A DNA stretch of 64,000 bases from contig NC_042998.1 of NCBI RefSeq assembly GCF_006345805.1, forward strand, positions 30,504,001-30,568,000, written 5' to 3'. Positions 1 to 13,011 of the stretch are shown piece after piece. The position numbers and the translations under genes were made by a program. Under the pieces are notes generated by a model. The model searched no databases. It saw nothing but the letters and a program-made list of their open reading frames with translations, and was not told where the DNA came from. Origin of the DNA: Octopus sinensis (lineage: Eukaryota). Numbering within the stretch: position 1 is the first letter of the stretch; every line of letters begins with the position of its first letter.

Positions 1-342
1 TAATATTTCGGAATATAAAAATTCCTTCTTCAGATATAGTTAGGAATTGATCAAGTCACTGTTATAATCGGTTTTCCAACGGTTCCTGGCGATATCTGAA
101 GAAGGAATTTTTGTATTCTGAAATATCTTTATTACATCAGACTATGAATAATTAAATTATAACAGTTAATATAGAACACTCTGCATTGTTGTGCCATTCA
201 AGATACGTTGTATTTTACAAACAATACACAATGCTTCAAGCGAACTACTCTGAAATAAGAATTTCAGACGTTGTTTAGGAAATTCGCTTTCTTTTTAATT
301 TCTTAGAATGAAATAATAAATTATGTAAATAATGTGTGTGAT

Positions 343-725
343 GGAAGCACTCCGTCGGTTACGACGACGAGGGTTCCGGTTGATCCGAATCAATGGAACA
401 GCCTGCTCGTGAAATTAACGTGGAAGTGGCTGAGCACTCCACAGACACGTGTACCCTAAACGTAGTTCTCGGGGATATTCAGCGTGACACAGAGAGTGAC
501 AAGGCCGGCCCTTTGAAATACAGGTACAACAGAAACAGGAAGTAAGAGTGAGAGAAAGTTGTGGTGAAAGAGTACAGCAGGGATCACCACCACCCCCTGC
601 CGGAGCCTCGTGGAGCTTTAGGTGTTTTCGCTCAATAAACACTCACAACGCCCGGTCTGGGAATCGAAACCACGATCCTATGACCGCGAGTCCACTGCCC
701 TAACCACTGGGCCATTGCGCCTCCA
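343..725 (-). mobile_element. tRNA-derived SINE (window family D), full length, with 14-bp TSD
   Basis: Minus-strand head GGAGGCGCAATGGCCCAGTGGTTAGGGCAG...GGTTTCGATTCCC has A/B boxes. TAAATAATGTGTGT is repeated at 326-339 and 726-739. Related heads occur at 8.0, 18.3 and 50.25 kb. Confidence 0.9.
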
Positions 726-1194
726 TAAATAATGTGTGTACATATGTATACACGTATGTGCGTGTGTGTGTATGTGTGTGTGTGTGTATACATAAAACTC
801 GGTGTATGCTACTGAAGCGGTATTAATATTTCCCTCTGTGTATCACACCATCGAAATAAAGTATTTTCTTCGACGAGCGTTAAAACACAAAATAATAGAG
901 GAAGAGGAGAGAGACAAACTGCAGTGAATAAACCGATTGCTTTATTTCGGAATGGTCGTTTTTCCTTCTTTTTCTTATTTATTGTCCAGGTGAATAAACC
1001 ATTAATAGGCATTGGGCAACAGTGCCGAGTTGTTGAAAAATACTGACGTTCGACCCACTACGACATACATATTTTATATGTTTACTATAATAAGTCCATG
1101 AGGAGATTACATCTCAGACTAGCTTACAGTAGCATGCCTTCTAACAGTTTGTATACATTTATCATACAACACAGGTGGTGATATACGTGTATGT

Positions 1195-1400
1195 ATGTAT
1201 AGGGACAATTGAAAAAGGGGAATATTCCTTGTGTTGTATGTCTTGTTTCTCTGTTTTTTGCGTTGTTTGAAAATAAAGTTCGTTTCCATGTTTTTGTTTT
1301 TATGTTTTCGTTTCCCATTGTATTCAACGTTCTTTTTTTTGATGTCCTGTACCTATATATGCATGTATATATACATATGTATGTAGGTATGTAGATATAT
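1195..1400 (+). mobile_element. 5'-truncated copy of the element forming the arms of the 39.6-40.1 kb palindrome
   Basis: AAGGGGAATATTCCTTGTGTTG...GTTTTCGTTTCCCATTGT...GATGTCCTGTAC aligns by eye to 39920-40070. Confidence 0.75.
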
Positions 1401-1489
1401 GTATGTATATATACATATATTTATATATTATTTATATTATTTATATTATTATATGATTGAACGCCCGCATCCTTTTCCAAGTAAGTTTT

Positions 1490-1555
1490 ATCTACATACA
1501 TACATACATACATACATACATCATACATACATACATCATACATACATACATATAC

Positions 1556-1600
<45 letters not shown>

Positions 1601-1639
1601 GATAGATAGATAGATATATAGATAGATAGATAGATAGAT

Positions 1640-1675
<36 letters not shown>

Positions 1676-1742
1676 GTACATACATACGTATATACATACA
1701 TAATACACAGATAGACAGCTAGATAGATAGACAGACAGAGAT
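1490..1742. repeat. (TACA)n/(TAGA)n microsatellite
   Basis: Direct inspection. Confidence 0.95.
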
Positions 1743-2319
1743 ATATGCATGCATTTCTAGTTTGCGTAATATTTAGTGATGCTGGAAAATAATCTATTTA
1801 TATCTATTGATGTTTTTAGTTAGCATAATTTGAACATTTCTGTGAGTTTAAAATACAAGTTGTGGACACTCGAGACAACCAGACAATATTTAATTGGATA
1901 ATCTATATAAAACGCCAACGTTTACTGTTTTGGTATATTTTCCTTTTGAAAAGAATCTTAACCAAATTTAATACGGTGTTACAGATGAAAAGCAAAATAA
2001 TCTAGAAACAAATATTCCATGTCCGAGGTTCTTTTGTAAAAACCCAAGATGGAATGAATAAAGGAGATGTAGAAAAATCGGGAGATATAATATATGGTAG
2101 TTAGAGAAAAATTACATTCGAGAAAGATGACAGTGATGGTTGCAATGTTCTTGATGTAAGGGGTCGGGGTTTTTTTTCTATTGTTGGTGGGTACACTTCA
2201 TAGTGCTAAGTTTTGTGTGCCTAAACGCTGTGGTAGTTTTTGATATGAAGTTTTTACGGTTCCAATCTTTTCCGAAGGCGAAGGGAGGAACTGCCAGAAA
2301 GATTGCAGTATTTTGGGGT

Positions 2320-3230
2320 TCAGAGAGCTGCAATGGGAAATAGGATTAACACCAAATAAGCAATCCTCTTTGTAGTCCACATAGAAGATCAAATACTTGC
2401 CCATTTTCACGTTATGTTGACGACTGTATTGGTGTTAGCACACTCACCAGGCAGCAGCTCCATATTCCCTTTCTTTCGTAAACTAATTTCACTCTGCCGA
2501 GGAATTCATCTCCGTTGTTTCCGATACATCTGTTAAATTTTCCAGATATCTCCATCACCATAAACAATGTTCGCCTGTCTACCTCTGTCAAGTACAAGCC
2601 TTATGACTCCCACTCCTATATTCACTGCACTTCTTCCCACACTAAACTTAAATCTCAATTCCTTCACCCTCTCCGGCTTTACAATATTTATTATGATTTC
2701 GAATCACAAAGCTAGAAAATGCAACAAGTGTTGTTGAATTGATCAGTTGTAGACTCGGCACACCACCGGTCCCAAACTGCCCACCCCGCCAACTCCTCCC
2801 CCCTTCTCTCTCTCTCTTTCATTCACTTCACTCACTATGCCTACAGATCATTCTTTCATACCTTCCACTCGTCCGCCTTCAATTGAAAGACAAACTTATC
2901 CTCAACTTCCGAATTCTACTTTCTGACTCCACCACCGCTCCAACATCGCATTCAAAGGAACTGCTGAAACTTCCTCATAAGAAACTTCACAACGCCCGAT
3001 CCCACATATGCTGGCACTTTTAAATGCGTTCACCGACGATGAAACACCTGCACCAACGTTTAAAAAACCACGATTATCGCTGGGCCTAAGTCACAATATC
3101 AAGTTACTCAGGCCTTCCATTGCATAATATCCAACTTCATATCTTTTATCATATGCAAACTTTTAGCGCTCTTTATATCGCAGAAACCGACCGATGCCTT
3201 GCGGATGACATACAGAAATACACTTCTTCA
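2320..3230 (+). pseudogene. Decayed Penelope-like element ORF (RT + GIY-YIG endonuclease)
   Basis: Translations include QRAAMG, RYVDDCIG (YVDD at 2413-2424), PDISITINNVRLSTSVKYKPYDSHSYIHCTSSH (RT thumb) and SALYIAETDRCLAD (YIGET-like). Stops and frameshifts are present. Confidence 0.85.
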
Positions 3231-3396
3231 TTTTCTTTCATTTCACGCCGGCTCGTTTTTCTTCTATCCACTACGTTTCCCATCTGCTTACGCTCCTTTG
3301 GTCCTAGACTCCTTATCGGTTGCAGCCAGTTTCCTCTAATTTAGATGATGTAAAACTTTTTTGTGTATCACTGATTTCTCTCTTGTTAACTTTTCC

Positions 3397-3424
3397 CTGA
3401 AGAAGGACTGTGTCCAAACCGTTA
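3397..3424 (+). ncRNA. Decayed minimal hammerhead in the PLE 3' pLTR
   Basis: CTGAAGA-A-GGAC-TGT-GTCC-AAACC-GTT: stem II is intact but GAAAC is damaged. It lies just downstream of the PLE ORF. Confidence 0.6.
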
Positions 3425-3868
3425 GATTTTCTACTCCCCACTGCATTTTTACTGAGCTCAGCTTGTCAATTTGGCTAAATAATGCAAATAATACCCAAGA
3501 AAATGAACATAAGTTTTTTGGAGTCTGTTTATATAATTCTTAAATATTTGAGATGAACATAGAAGTCTCGTTTCATGATCCCAAATTGCGTTGTATTGAA
3601 AAGTTCCAATAAGAACGAAATAGCGTTATCTGCAGCTACTGGGACTTCAAAAACGTGAAAAAGAATGAATTATATGAAAATATTCTTCCATTTGTTCTCC
3701 CACTCATACGAAATGAAGCAAAGACAATAAAAGCACTGAGCTGTTCTCTCCACTTGACGGAAATTTCTCCCTCACTTCTCTTTTTTGGTAAACTCTATCT
3801 CCGCCTCTTATCCTGAAAGCAACCGTAGATTGCAGCGCCAACAGTCGCCAGTCAAATTTCACACACAG

Positions 3869-3929
<61 letters not shown>

Positions 3930-3931
<2 letters not shown>

Positions 3932-4476
3932 ACAATTAAGGATAAAATCTTAAGAATCTTAACAAGAAATTATCAGGTAGTTAGCGTGAAAAACCTCATA
4001 AGAGAAAAAATCTGAAAATTTTTTCACTTGAAAATATTTATTTATATTATATAGAGGGCATTATTACACATAAATGTCACACGCTAGGAGGGACTTTCAA
4101 AGTCATTACTACAAAAAATAAACGAATCGTACCGAATGCAGATCTAGAAGCAAGACATTTAAAAACAGAATTTAGTTCCAGATCACCTGTGATTTCGCAA
4201 TTAACGTATTATCTACGTCTTTTGTTCATCAGTGAAACATATTCAAAACATATCAAAAATAAACAAACCCGACATATCCGGTGAAACCAAACAGACAACC
4301 GTCGAGTCCATCGTAGCACATGGAAATGTTCATTCATCATATATTTATGTAAATGGCGGGCTTTTCCGAACTGCATTTCTGGAAGAAACGTGTTTCATCG
4401 GAACAAATTTAACAATTAAGGATAAAATCTTAATAAGAAATCTTAACAAGAAATTATCAGGTAGTTAGCGTGAAAA

Positions 4477-4480
<4 letters not shown>
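3930..4480 (-). mobile_element. 480-bp hammerhead-containing unit with ~70-bp terminal direct repeat, between (TA)n tracts
   Basis: AACAATTAAGGATAAAATCTTAA...TTATCAGGTAGTTAGCGTGAAAAACCT occurs at 3931-3996 and 4411-4480. Confidence 0.8.
4175..4238 (-). ncRNA. Type I hammerhead ribozyme
   Basis: Minus: GTTTCA CTGATGA A CAA aag ACGTA gataa TACGT taa TTG C GAA ATCAC ag GTGAT C TGGAAC. Stem I 6 bp, extended stem II, real stem III, AUC cleavage triplet, A.C mismatch at the base of stem II. Confidence 0.85.
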
Positions 4481-4558
<78 letters not shown>

Positions 4559-4665
4559 ATATATATATATATATTATATATATATAATATATTATATATA
4601 TATATTTATAATATATATAATATATATAATTTATATATTATATATATATATATTTATATATATAT

Positions 4666-4696
<31 letters not shown>

Positions 4697-4801
4697 TTAT
4701 ATATATTATATATATATATATATTATATATATTTATATATATATATATATATATTTATATAATATATATATATATTTATATATATATATAATATATATTT
4801 A

Positions 4802-4846
<45 letters not shown>

Positions 4847-4850
4847 TTAT
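4481..4850. repeat. (TA)n tract
   Basis: Direct inspection. Confidence 0.95.
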
Positions 4851-4861
4851 TATATAGAAGG

Positions 4862-4912
4862 AGCTTCTACAGGACTAGAACTGTTTCATTCAAGAGAAAT
4901 CTTCAGGAAGCT
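4862..4912 (-). ncRNA. Type I hammerhead ribozyme
   Basis: Minus: AGCTTC CTGAAGA T TTC tctt GAA T GAA ACAG ttctagtc CTGT A GAAGCT. Stem I 6 bp, stem III 4 bp, GUA triplet. Confidence 0.85.
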
Positions 4913-5129
4913 AGTTAACAAGAATTGTATTGGCATTTATACATTTAGGCAGGTTTAAAGGGGTGTTGGTGGGGGACTTTTTTGGGGGTAGGCATAGCGC
5001 AAAATATCATACTTGGGGGAGTGGTCAAGGAGTCAGTGTTAAATTAGATAGAAGAATAAATAAAAAAATAAAAAAATATATATAAAAAAGGGAATAGAGT
5101 TTTAGGTAAATAAGGAGATTCTCACTTAT

Positions 5130-5488
5130 ACCTATGCACATATGTATACATATATACACACACATACAAACATATATACATATACATACACACATACATA
5201 GACACACACATATATACATATATATACACTTACACATACATATACATATCTACACATACACATATATGTATACATACACACACTCACATGCATACACGTA
5301 TACACACATGTATATATACACACACGACCACACATACATATACACACAGAAAAATATATATACACATACACACACATACTCACATACACGCATACACACA
5401 CATATCCACACACACACATGCACACACAGCACACTAGTCCCTATATACACATATATACACATACACACATACATACACACACATACAT

Positions 5489-5536
<48 letters not shown>

Positions 5537-5976
5537 GTGTACCTATGCATACCTACACATACACACATATATATACACATACAAATACAGACCCATTCCG
5601 TAATTTTAATCTTATTATCTTCATTTATTACTTTTGTTATCTTTGACCGCTGGTCACAAACATCTTGGCTATGACAGCCAGTCCATTTATCTGTCTACTG
5701 GAAAACAAGCACTCATTCACTCACGCACACTCTTTAGCACGTACACTCACTCATTCGTACACTCATACACATACACGCACGCACGCGTTATATTCATACA
5801 TACATACATCTACATACATTCACGTATATACACATACGTACGCGTACATACAGATTCATGTCTACACTCTTAGAAGGCTAGTCTATACATATACACCAAT
5901 AAATATAAATACACACACATACATATACACCTACATACAAATACATACATGTATATATATATATATATATATTCAC

Positions 5977-6047
<71 letters not shown>

Positions 6048-6097
6048 TATATATATATATATATATTTAATATATATATATATAATATATATATATA

Positions 6098-6148
<51 letters not shown>

Positions 6149-6208
6149 ATATTTAATATATATATATATACATCGTGACGTATTTTCGCCATATATATAT
6201 ATTATATT

Positions 6209-6260
<52 letters not shown>

Positions 6261-6400
6261 TTATATATATATATATATCTATATATATATATATATTATT
6301 ATATATATATATATATATTATATATATATATATATATATATCTATGCGTATATGTGTGTGTATGTATGCACGCATGCATGTAGATATATATATATATATT
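5130..6400. repeat. Compound (CA)/(TA)/(CATA) microsatellite region
   Basis: Direct inspection; interrupted by short non-repetitive pieces. Confidence 0.9.
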
Positions 6401-7030
6401 AACAGTCTCTTAACTCGTTAACGTATTGCACACACTACATGTCAAATTTTGTCATCAGACATACTAGGTCTCCCTCATATTGTGTTTGATAAAGGGCTTG
6501 CGGCTTGCTGTTTAAGTATTTACAAAATTTATTGCACCATCTTGCCTTTAATGACCATATATTTATATCCCTTTTTTTTTTTTCCTGTTTCTGTGTAATC
6601 TTTCATCATTTGACGTTAAACTCTCTGTGTCTCTTTTCAGATTTAAATCTCTTTTTTCTAACTGCTCAGTTCACCGTAAAATTCTTATTAAACGAAAAAT
6701 TGATTTGGATGTTAAAGTCCATGGCAATGGGTTTCAAGAGAAATTACAGGATAGTCACTAATAGAAGGCGTTTGACGATAATTCTTTTCCACACCAACTG
6801 TGCTGGGGTTAAGCAACTCCAAAAACTAAGTAATAAATAAAGGTTTTTGTAAGAATTTGTCTTACAAATAACGATAACAGAAATATAGCAAGAGGATAAA
6901 TTATTAATTAAATTCCATATTTGATCCTGTTAACTTGTCTACAAGTACATTTTAGCTGGGAACTTTGGGGCAACACGTATAATCAGACATGGTATGAAGC
7001 AAACATGCATGATGTATAGTTTAAATTGAT

Positions 7031-7521
7031 AGGCATAAGTATTCGAAATCAAATTCGATGACTGGCATCCGTGCTAGTGGAGCGCTAAGTGAACCATACG
7101 AGTGAGATCGTGGCCAGAGCAACAAGCTGGCCTCCGAGCCGATGGCACGTCAAAAACAACATTCGAGCGTGATTGTCACCTGCGCCGCCTTACTAGCACT
7201 TGTGCTGGTGGCAAGTGAAAAAACATACAAGCGAGGTCGTTGCCAGTGCCGCTGGACTGGTTCCTGTGTAGGTGGCACATAGAAAGCACCATTTGAGCGT
7301 GGCCGTTGCCAGTACCGCCTGACTGGCCCTCGTGCCGGTGGCACGTAAAATCACCCACTACACTCTCGGAGTGGTTGGCGTTAGGAAGGGCATTCAGCTG
7401 TAGAAACTCTGCCAGATTAGATTGGAGTCTGGTGCAGCCATCTGGTTTGCCAGACCTCAGTCAAATCGTCCAACCAATGCTAGCATGGAAAGTGGACGTT
7501 AATCGACGAGGATGATGATGA
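7031..7521 (+). mobile_element. Non-autonomous retroelement with ~70-bp internal tandem units and an RTE-like 3' tail
   Basis: Repeated GAGCGTG..CGTTGCCAGT.CCGC..GACTGG..C.TGTG..GGTGGCAC.T.AAA units. Tail GGCGTTAGGAAGGGCATTCAGC...GGACGTTAATCGACGAGGATGATGATGAT. Confidence 0.75.
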
Positions 7522-7747
7522 TAATCGCGTGTCCAGTTACATAAATTCTCTATTAAGTTTCCTTTGCGTTTTGTTATCTATCGATACACCTACACATGGG
7601 ACAAACATTTCTTGACGAAATTCTATTGGGATACTGGGCAACGGGTATTTCCTGCCCGGTTACAGATAATTAATTAGGAGTCGTCTGTAGAAGAAATCTC
7701 ATAAAAAATTCTTCATTTATACCGAGTCCGCTCTATACAGAGTTTTT

Positions 7748-8057
7748 TTGTTGTTGTTTGTTCCTTCTCGAGCCATGCTTGGCTCATAGGGCCGGTTTCC
7801 TGGTTTCCTTGGCGTATAGATTCCCCCCCCTGGACGCGACGCCGGTCCGTCGCAGGTGAGCAGCAAGATGCAGGAGGAAAGAGTGAGAGAAAGTTGTGGC
7901 GTAAGAGTCAGCAGAAGTTCGCCATTACCTTCTGCCTGAGCCGCGAGAAGCTTAGGTGTTTCGCTCATAAACACACACATCGCCCGGTCTGAGATTCGAA
8001 CCCGCGATCCCTCGACTGCGAGTCCGCTGCTCTAACCACTAGGATATGTGCCTCCAC
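7748..8057 (-). mobile_element. tRNA-derived SINE (family D variant) with 12-bp TSD
   Basis: Head GTGGAGGCACATATCCTAGTGGTTAGAGC...GGGTTCGAATCTC. TCTATACAGAGT at 7732-7743 and 8060-8071. Confidence 0.9.
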
Positions 8058-8433
8058 ATTCTATACAGAGTAGGGGAACACTAACAGAGAACGTGGACAC
8101 CTTCGAACATAGATAACATCTTTTAAAATTCATTCAAATACATTTGTTGACTATTATAATAAATGTTATTTCGAAATAAGATAAATCTTCAACATAGAAT
8201 AGAAATCAAATTACAGACATAAGCTTCAGCTATAAAAGAAATGACTTGGTACTAGTTATTAATTAGTCAACAATTTTTAATTAAAATATATAATTACATT
8301 TCCAGTTTATAATTAGTATTATTAGCAATACAAAATATTTATGTGTATAAGTAGTAGTGTGGGTGGTGATTATGGAATACTTTTACCTAATGCTAATAAA
8401 GTATAAAGGAGCTGGTATTTTCAATAAATTTTA

Positions 8434-8501
<68 letters not shown>

Positions 8502-10103
8502 GAGAAAACCACAATTTGTTTACGTGTCTTTTAACCGAATTATATCCTAAGAAAGTATTTCTTTTAAGCTGCCAAGTTTTATGCGGACACACAGTATAAG
8601 ATGATGTTCTGAAAGCACGGGGAATTGGATAATAAGCGTAAGCAATTAAAAAGTTTTAGTATATAACATTCTTCTGTAGTCAGTAGATGATATAGAACAA
8701 AAGGAAGTGTTACTTATAGTAACTTAGTGATTTCACGAAGTATTTTATCTGTGCCACTCAAACTCGACTTTACAGCAGCTAAGTCAACGCCCACTAAATT
8801 ATACGGAATTTTGTAATTTTGTCAGTGAATAGGTCGCGGTCTCAAAGCGACGAAAATATTTGGGCAAATTAAATTTAAATGTTGAAGTATTAACCAACTT
8901 TCAAAATCTATGCTTTTTCCTTTATAGAAGGAAATCTGGATTCATACGCTTGCTTGTTTGTTTGTTATGTTTATATTTTTGTTTTTGTTCCTTTTTATTT
9001 TCGGAAATGTTTTTTAAAAATTATAATCACGAAGCTCTAGATTCTTTCACAAATCAAAATTTCTCCGCCATATTTTGTGTGGCATTGTGACTAGAATATA
9101 AACAATTATCCTCCCGGACATAACTTCTGAGTAGGCAGCGTAATATTCTTCACAAATATATTAAATGAGAAACACAGTATTGATTTTCTCAAGAAACAAT
9201 TGTAGATTTGTATTCATGACATATTACATTGTCACATTATATTTAAGATATACGTGTGAGTAATGTGTGTGTGTGTGTGTGTTTGTGTGTGTATAATATA
9301 TAAAGTAATCTACATTATATATGGGACAAGCTACATTGGGAGCACCACCAGAAACTTGCCCGTTCAAATAAAAGAACATATGCGCGAAGACACGTCAATG
9401 AAATAAAAAAAACACAAAAAAAGTACCAGGCTCAGAATTTGAAGGTACCCATTAAGGTCACGTAACGCAATCGGTCATAAACAAGAGGAAGGAACTGTGT
9501 GAAGCAGACTAGTTACCATAGCGACACCAGTTTGCATATGTCACCTTCTTCCCTCTTTCCCCACACATCTGAACAACGACCATTTTCCCCCCTCGCTATT
9601 TTCAAATGTTCTGAAATTGTTATCGCCCCGAAATATAGAAAATACAAATTAATACTACAACTTTCTTTTCTTTACTTTTTCCTGTGTGGTTTACTTTCTA
9701 TCTTCTCGCATTGTTCCGGCCTTACACAACAAAACTATTTAAAGTACTATCACACGATGCTGCTTCACGAAAACTATACGTATTCAGAGAGACAGAGAGA
9801 GAGAAAGAACCATCTTAAAATTCTTTAAATCGGGCATTAAATTAAACCACAGCAGAAGAACATTTTAAAATCTATTATTTGGCTATTTGGCATTTATACC
9901 ACAGTATAACTACCAAATAACAAGCATATGTCTAAGAAAGGTGGGGATGGCATCAAACTTCTAAACTGGAAGCAGCGAATTCACTTCCAAGAAACCTATA
10001 ATAAATTCTCCAACTCAAATTCTATAGGAATTTAAAATACATTATTTATATGTAATTACATGTGCATATATTTCACCTCGCAGACACGCACACTTATGAA
10101 TGT

Positions 10104-10158
<55 letters not shown>

Positions 10159-10303
10159 TGTATATAAGTATACACACACGCCCCTATTATATATATATAT
10201 ATATATATATAGTCAATTTAGGGTAGCAAAAAAATTCAATAGAAATTTATCGCAACCAGCGGCCTGGTGGAAAAGAGAAAATAGTCATCGACTAAATATA
10301 TAA

Positions 10304-10585
10304 ATATAACAATTTAGGAGTGACCCTAACAGGTCACTCGTCCACCAGAAAGAGCAGCCATAACTCACACCGCCAAGTAGTAGTAATTCAGAAATTAGGT
10401 GAAAATTTAAAAACATTTACCCTAATTCATCTTTTAGAAACGTTGCAACGTCTAAAAGATGAATTAGGGTAAATGTTTTTAAATTTTCACCTAATTTCTG
10501 AATTACTACTACTTGGCGGTGTGAGTTATGGCTGCTCTTTCTGGTGGACGAGTGACCTGTTAGGGTCACTCCTAAATTGTTATAT
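10304..10585. repeat. Perfect fold-back palindrome with 140-bp arms
   Basis: 10446-10585 is the exact reverse complement of 10304-10445 except for 2 extra A at the centre (TAGAAACGTTG|CAACGTCTA). The left arm continues unpaired to ~10210. Confidence 0.95.
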
Positions 10586-10604
10586 ATATATATATATATA
10601 TATA

Positions 10605-11145
10605 TTCTTTTATCTATTACTTGTTTCAGTCATTTGACTGCGGCTATGCTGGAGCTTTGCCATGAAGGGTTTTTAGTGGAACAAATCGACCCTAGGAATT
10701 ATTTTGCTAAGCCTAGCACTTTTGCCGAACCGCTAAGTTACTGGGATAAAACAGACCAACAACCATTGTCAAGTGGTAATCGGGTAACACACACAGACAC
10801 ACAGGCACACACAGATAGATACACATACACTACACACACATCCATCTATCTATAAATATATATATATATATATTATATATATATATATTGTTCTTGAGCA
10901 AAGCACTTTATTTCACGTTGCTCCAGTTCACTCAGCTGTAGAAATGAGTTGCGACGTCACTGGTACCAAGCTGTATCGACCTTTGTCTTTCCCTTGGATA
11001 ACACTGGTGGCGTGGAGAGGGGAGGCTGGTATGCATGGGCGACTGCTGGTCTTCCATAAACAACCTTGCCCAGACTTGTGTCTAGGAGGGTAACTTTCTA
11101 GGTGCAATCCCATGGTCATTCATGACCGAAGGGGGTCTTTACCTT

Positions 11146-11232
<87 letters not shown>

Positions 11233-11385
11233 ACGGGCTTCTTTCAGCTTCCTACTACCAAATCCACTCACAATTCTTTGGTCGGCCCGAGGTCATAGTA
11301 TAAGAGACTTGTTCAAGGTTTCACGCAATGGGATTGAACCCGGAACCATGTGGTTGGGAAGTAAGCTTCTTACCACACATCCGCA
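10605..11385 (-). mobile_element. tRNA-derived SINE family B, with a nested family C insertion in its internal microsatellite
   Basis: Tail (CATTTGACTGCGGC.ATGCTGGAGC) at 10.6 kb and head (GAACCCGGAACCATGTGGTTGG) at 11.34 kb; same architecture as the intact copy at 22776-23191. Confidence 0.85.
10889..11146 (+). mobile_element. SINE family C, 5'-truncated
   Basis: TGTTCTTGAGCAAAGCACTTTATTTCACGTTGCTCCAGTTCACTCAGCTG...; homologous to 27468-27750(-) and 49752-49845. Confidence 0.85.
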
Positions 11386-13011
11386 TATATATGAGGAGGA
11401 GGTATATATAAAATTGTATATGTATATATGTTTGTGTAGCTATATTATATATTCAAACATTTACGTATCTCCTTTCACAGTCCTTATTCGAAGTGTAGAT
11501 ATTCCATGCGCAAATCTGTAGAAAATGTTCGTAAAAATAATAACTATTTTGAATATTTACATGTAGTCATATAGTTAATTTTCCACATCTAAGCTGCTAT
11601 AGAAAATGTCATTGTCATAAATTTTTCTCATAAATCACGTGTTAAGGTCGTCTCTACAGATTTTCTATTGAAATTATCATCAGCACTGATTTTCTTGCGA
11701 TGTTTCGTATCCTAGACGTCTGAGGTAAACAAAAAATGAGATCGGAGGCGAAAAGACGAGCAACGGGCGTACATGCCATATTTCGTGAGATTTTGCTCCC
11801 GAATAATAATATTAATTGTTCAGTTCTGCATAAACCCTGACACAGCAGAGATATGATCGAAATCTTTGAAATTTTGACCATCTAATCTTGGTCTACATAA
11901 TCTTTTACTTTAATATCATTAATACAATGTGTATTTTGAAGAATCCTTGGCTTAAAGACAACGTACAGATATCTACTTGATGCACTCTCACGGTCGTTGA
12001 TGCTTAACCCAATCCAATTCTGATGCAGCACAACAGAGATTCAAGGCGTTCTTGTTGTGACAGTCCCGTCATTTCTTAAATACAATGTATCCAGAAATAA
12101 ATGATATTATGAATACTCCTACTTTTAAGATAGTAACACAGGAAGTTAGGGACATATGACTGCTGTTTCTAACATTTCGACTGACTTGTAATTATTTTAC
12201 TGAGTCGCAGCAGTTTCTGCAACAGTGCAACAGTAGTATCAGGGGCAGCAATAGCGGTAGTAGAAGATTTTGAGCTCCGTGGCTACTCTTTAGCTTGAAG
12301 ACGAATTCCATTGAGCAAACTTTTTATGAAAAGCTTTCCTGCCTTGACTATCGCCCTTTTTAATTGTAATTGCGCCAGCATTTTCCACTATTTTATCTTT
12401 AAAGGCATTGAGATTTGATTTACGTGACATTTAACTGCTCCTTCTACATAGCTGATCGATCTCACTGGCATTCCCCTATTTTAGTAGTAATACATTTAAG
12501 TGACGGTCTGTGCGGGGGCGTAATTTCCCGTATTAGTTTTATTGAATAATGGGAGGGAGAATTTCATCGCTACGTATTCAATCCAATAACAAACACTTAT
12601 GCCTGCCTTCTCGACTTGCTTGAATTAACAGCTAAAATCCTCTCCAATTGCCTCATGTCGTCACGTTGGGTAATAAAGTCATGCCTGTAATTCTAGCATG
12701 GTCACGATTGGATAACTTTTGCTCATTTGTCTGTTCAATAGGAAAGTGATTGTGGCTAAATAATAAAGCAATAATAACGCATTATAAAAGAGATTCAAGC
12801 AGTCACAGGATATATAATAAATTGCCATCTCTTCTTCAAATTTTAGCCCGCCATTTTGAAAAACAGGACACAATAAATTATTTTATACATTATGACTGGC
12901 CAAAGGCCAGAATTGTCTCTACTTAAATACATTTGATCACAATAGTGATAGATTAGTGTGGACGAGCACTAAACAAGAACAGGATCAATAAATGTTATTT
13001 TAATGATACGT

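Noticed and set aside
6440-6480. CTGATGA on the minus strand
   Set aside because: No downstream GAAA or stems.
11645-11690. CTGATGA...GAAA on the minus strand
   Set aside because: Stems I and III cannot form.
12180-12880. Possible decayed ORF on the minus strand
   Set aside because: Many stops and no motif I can assign.
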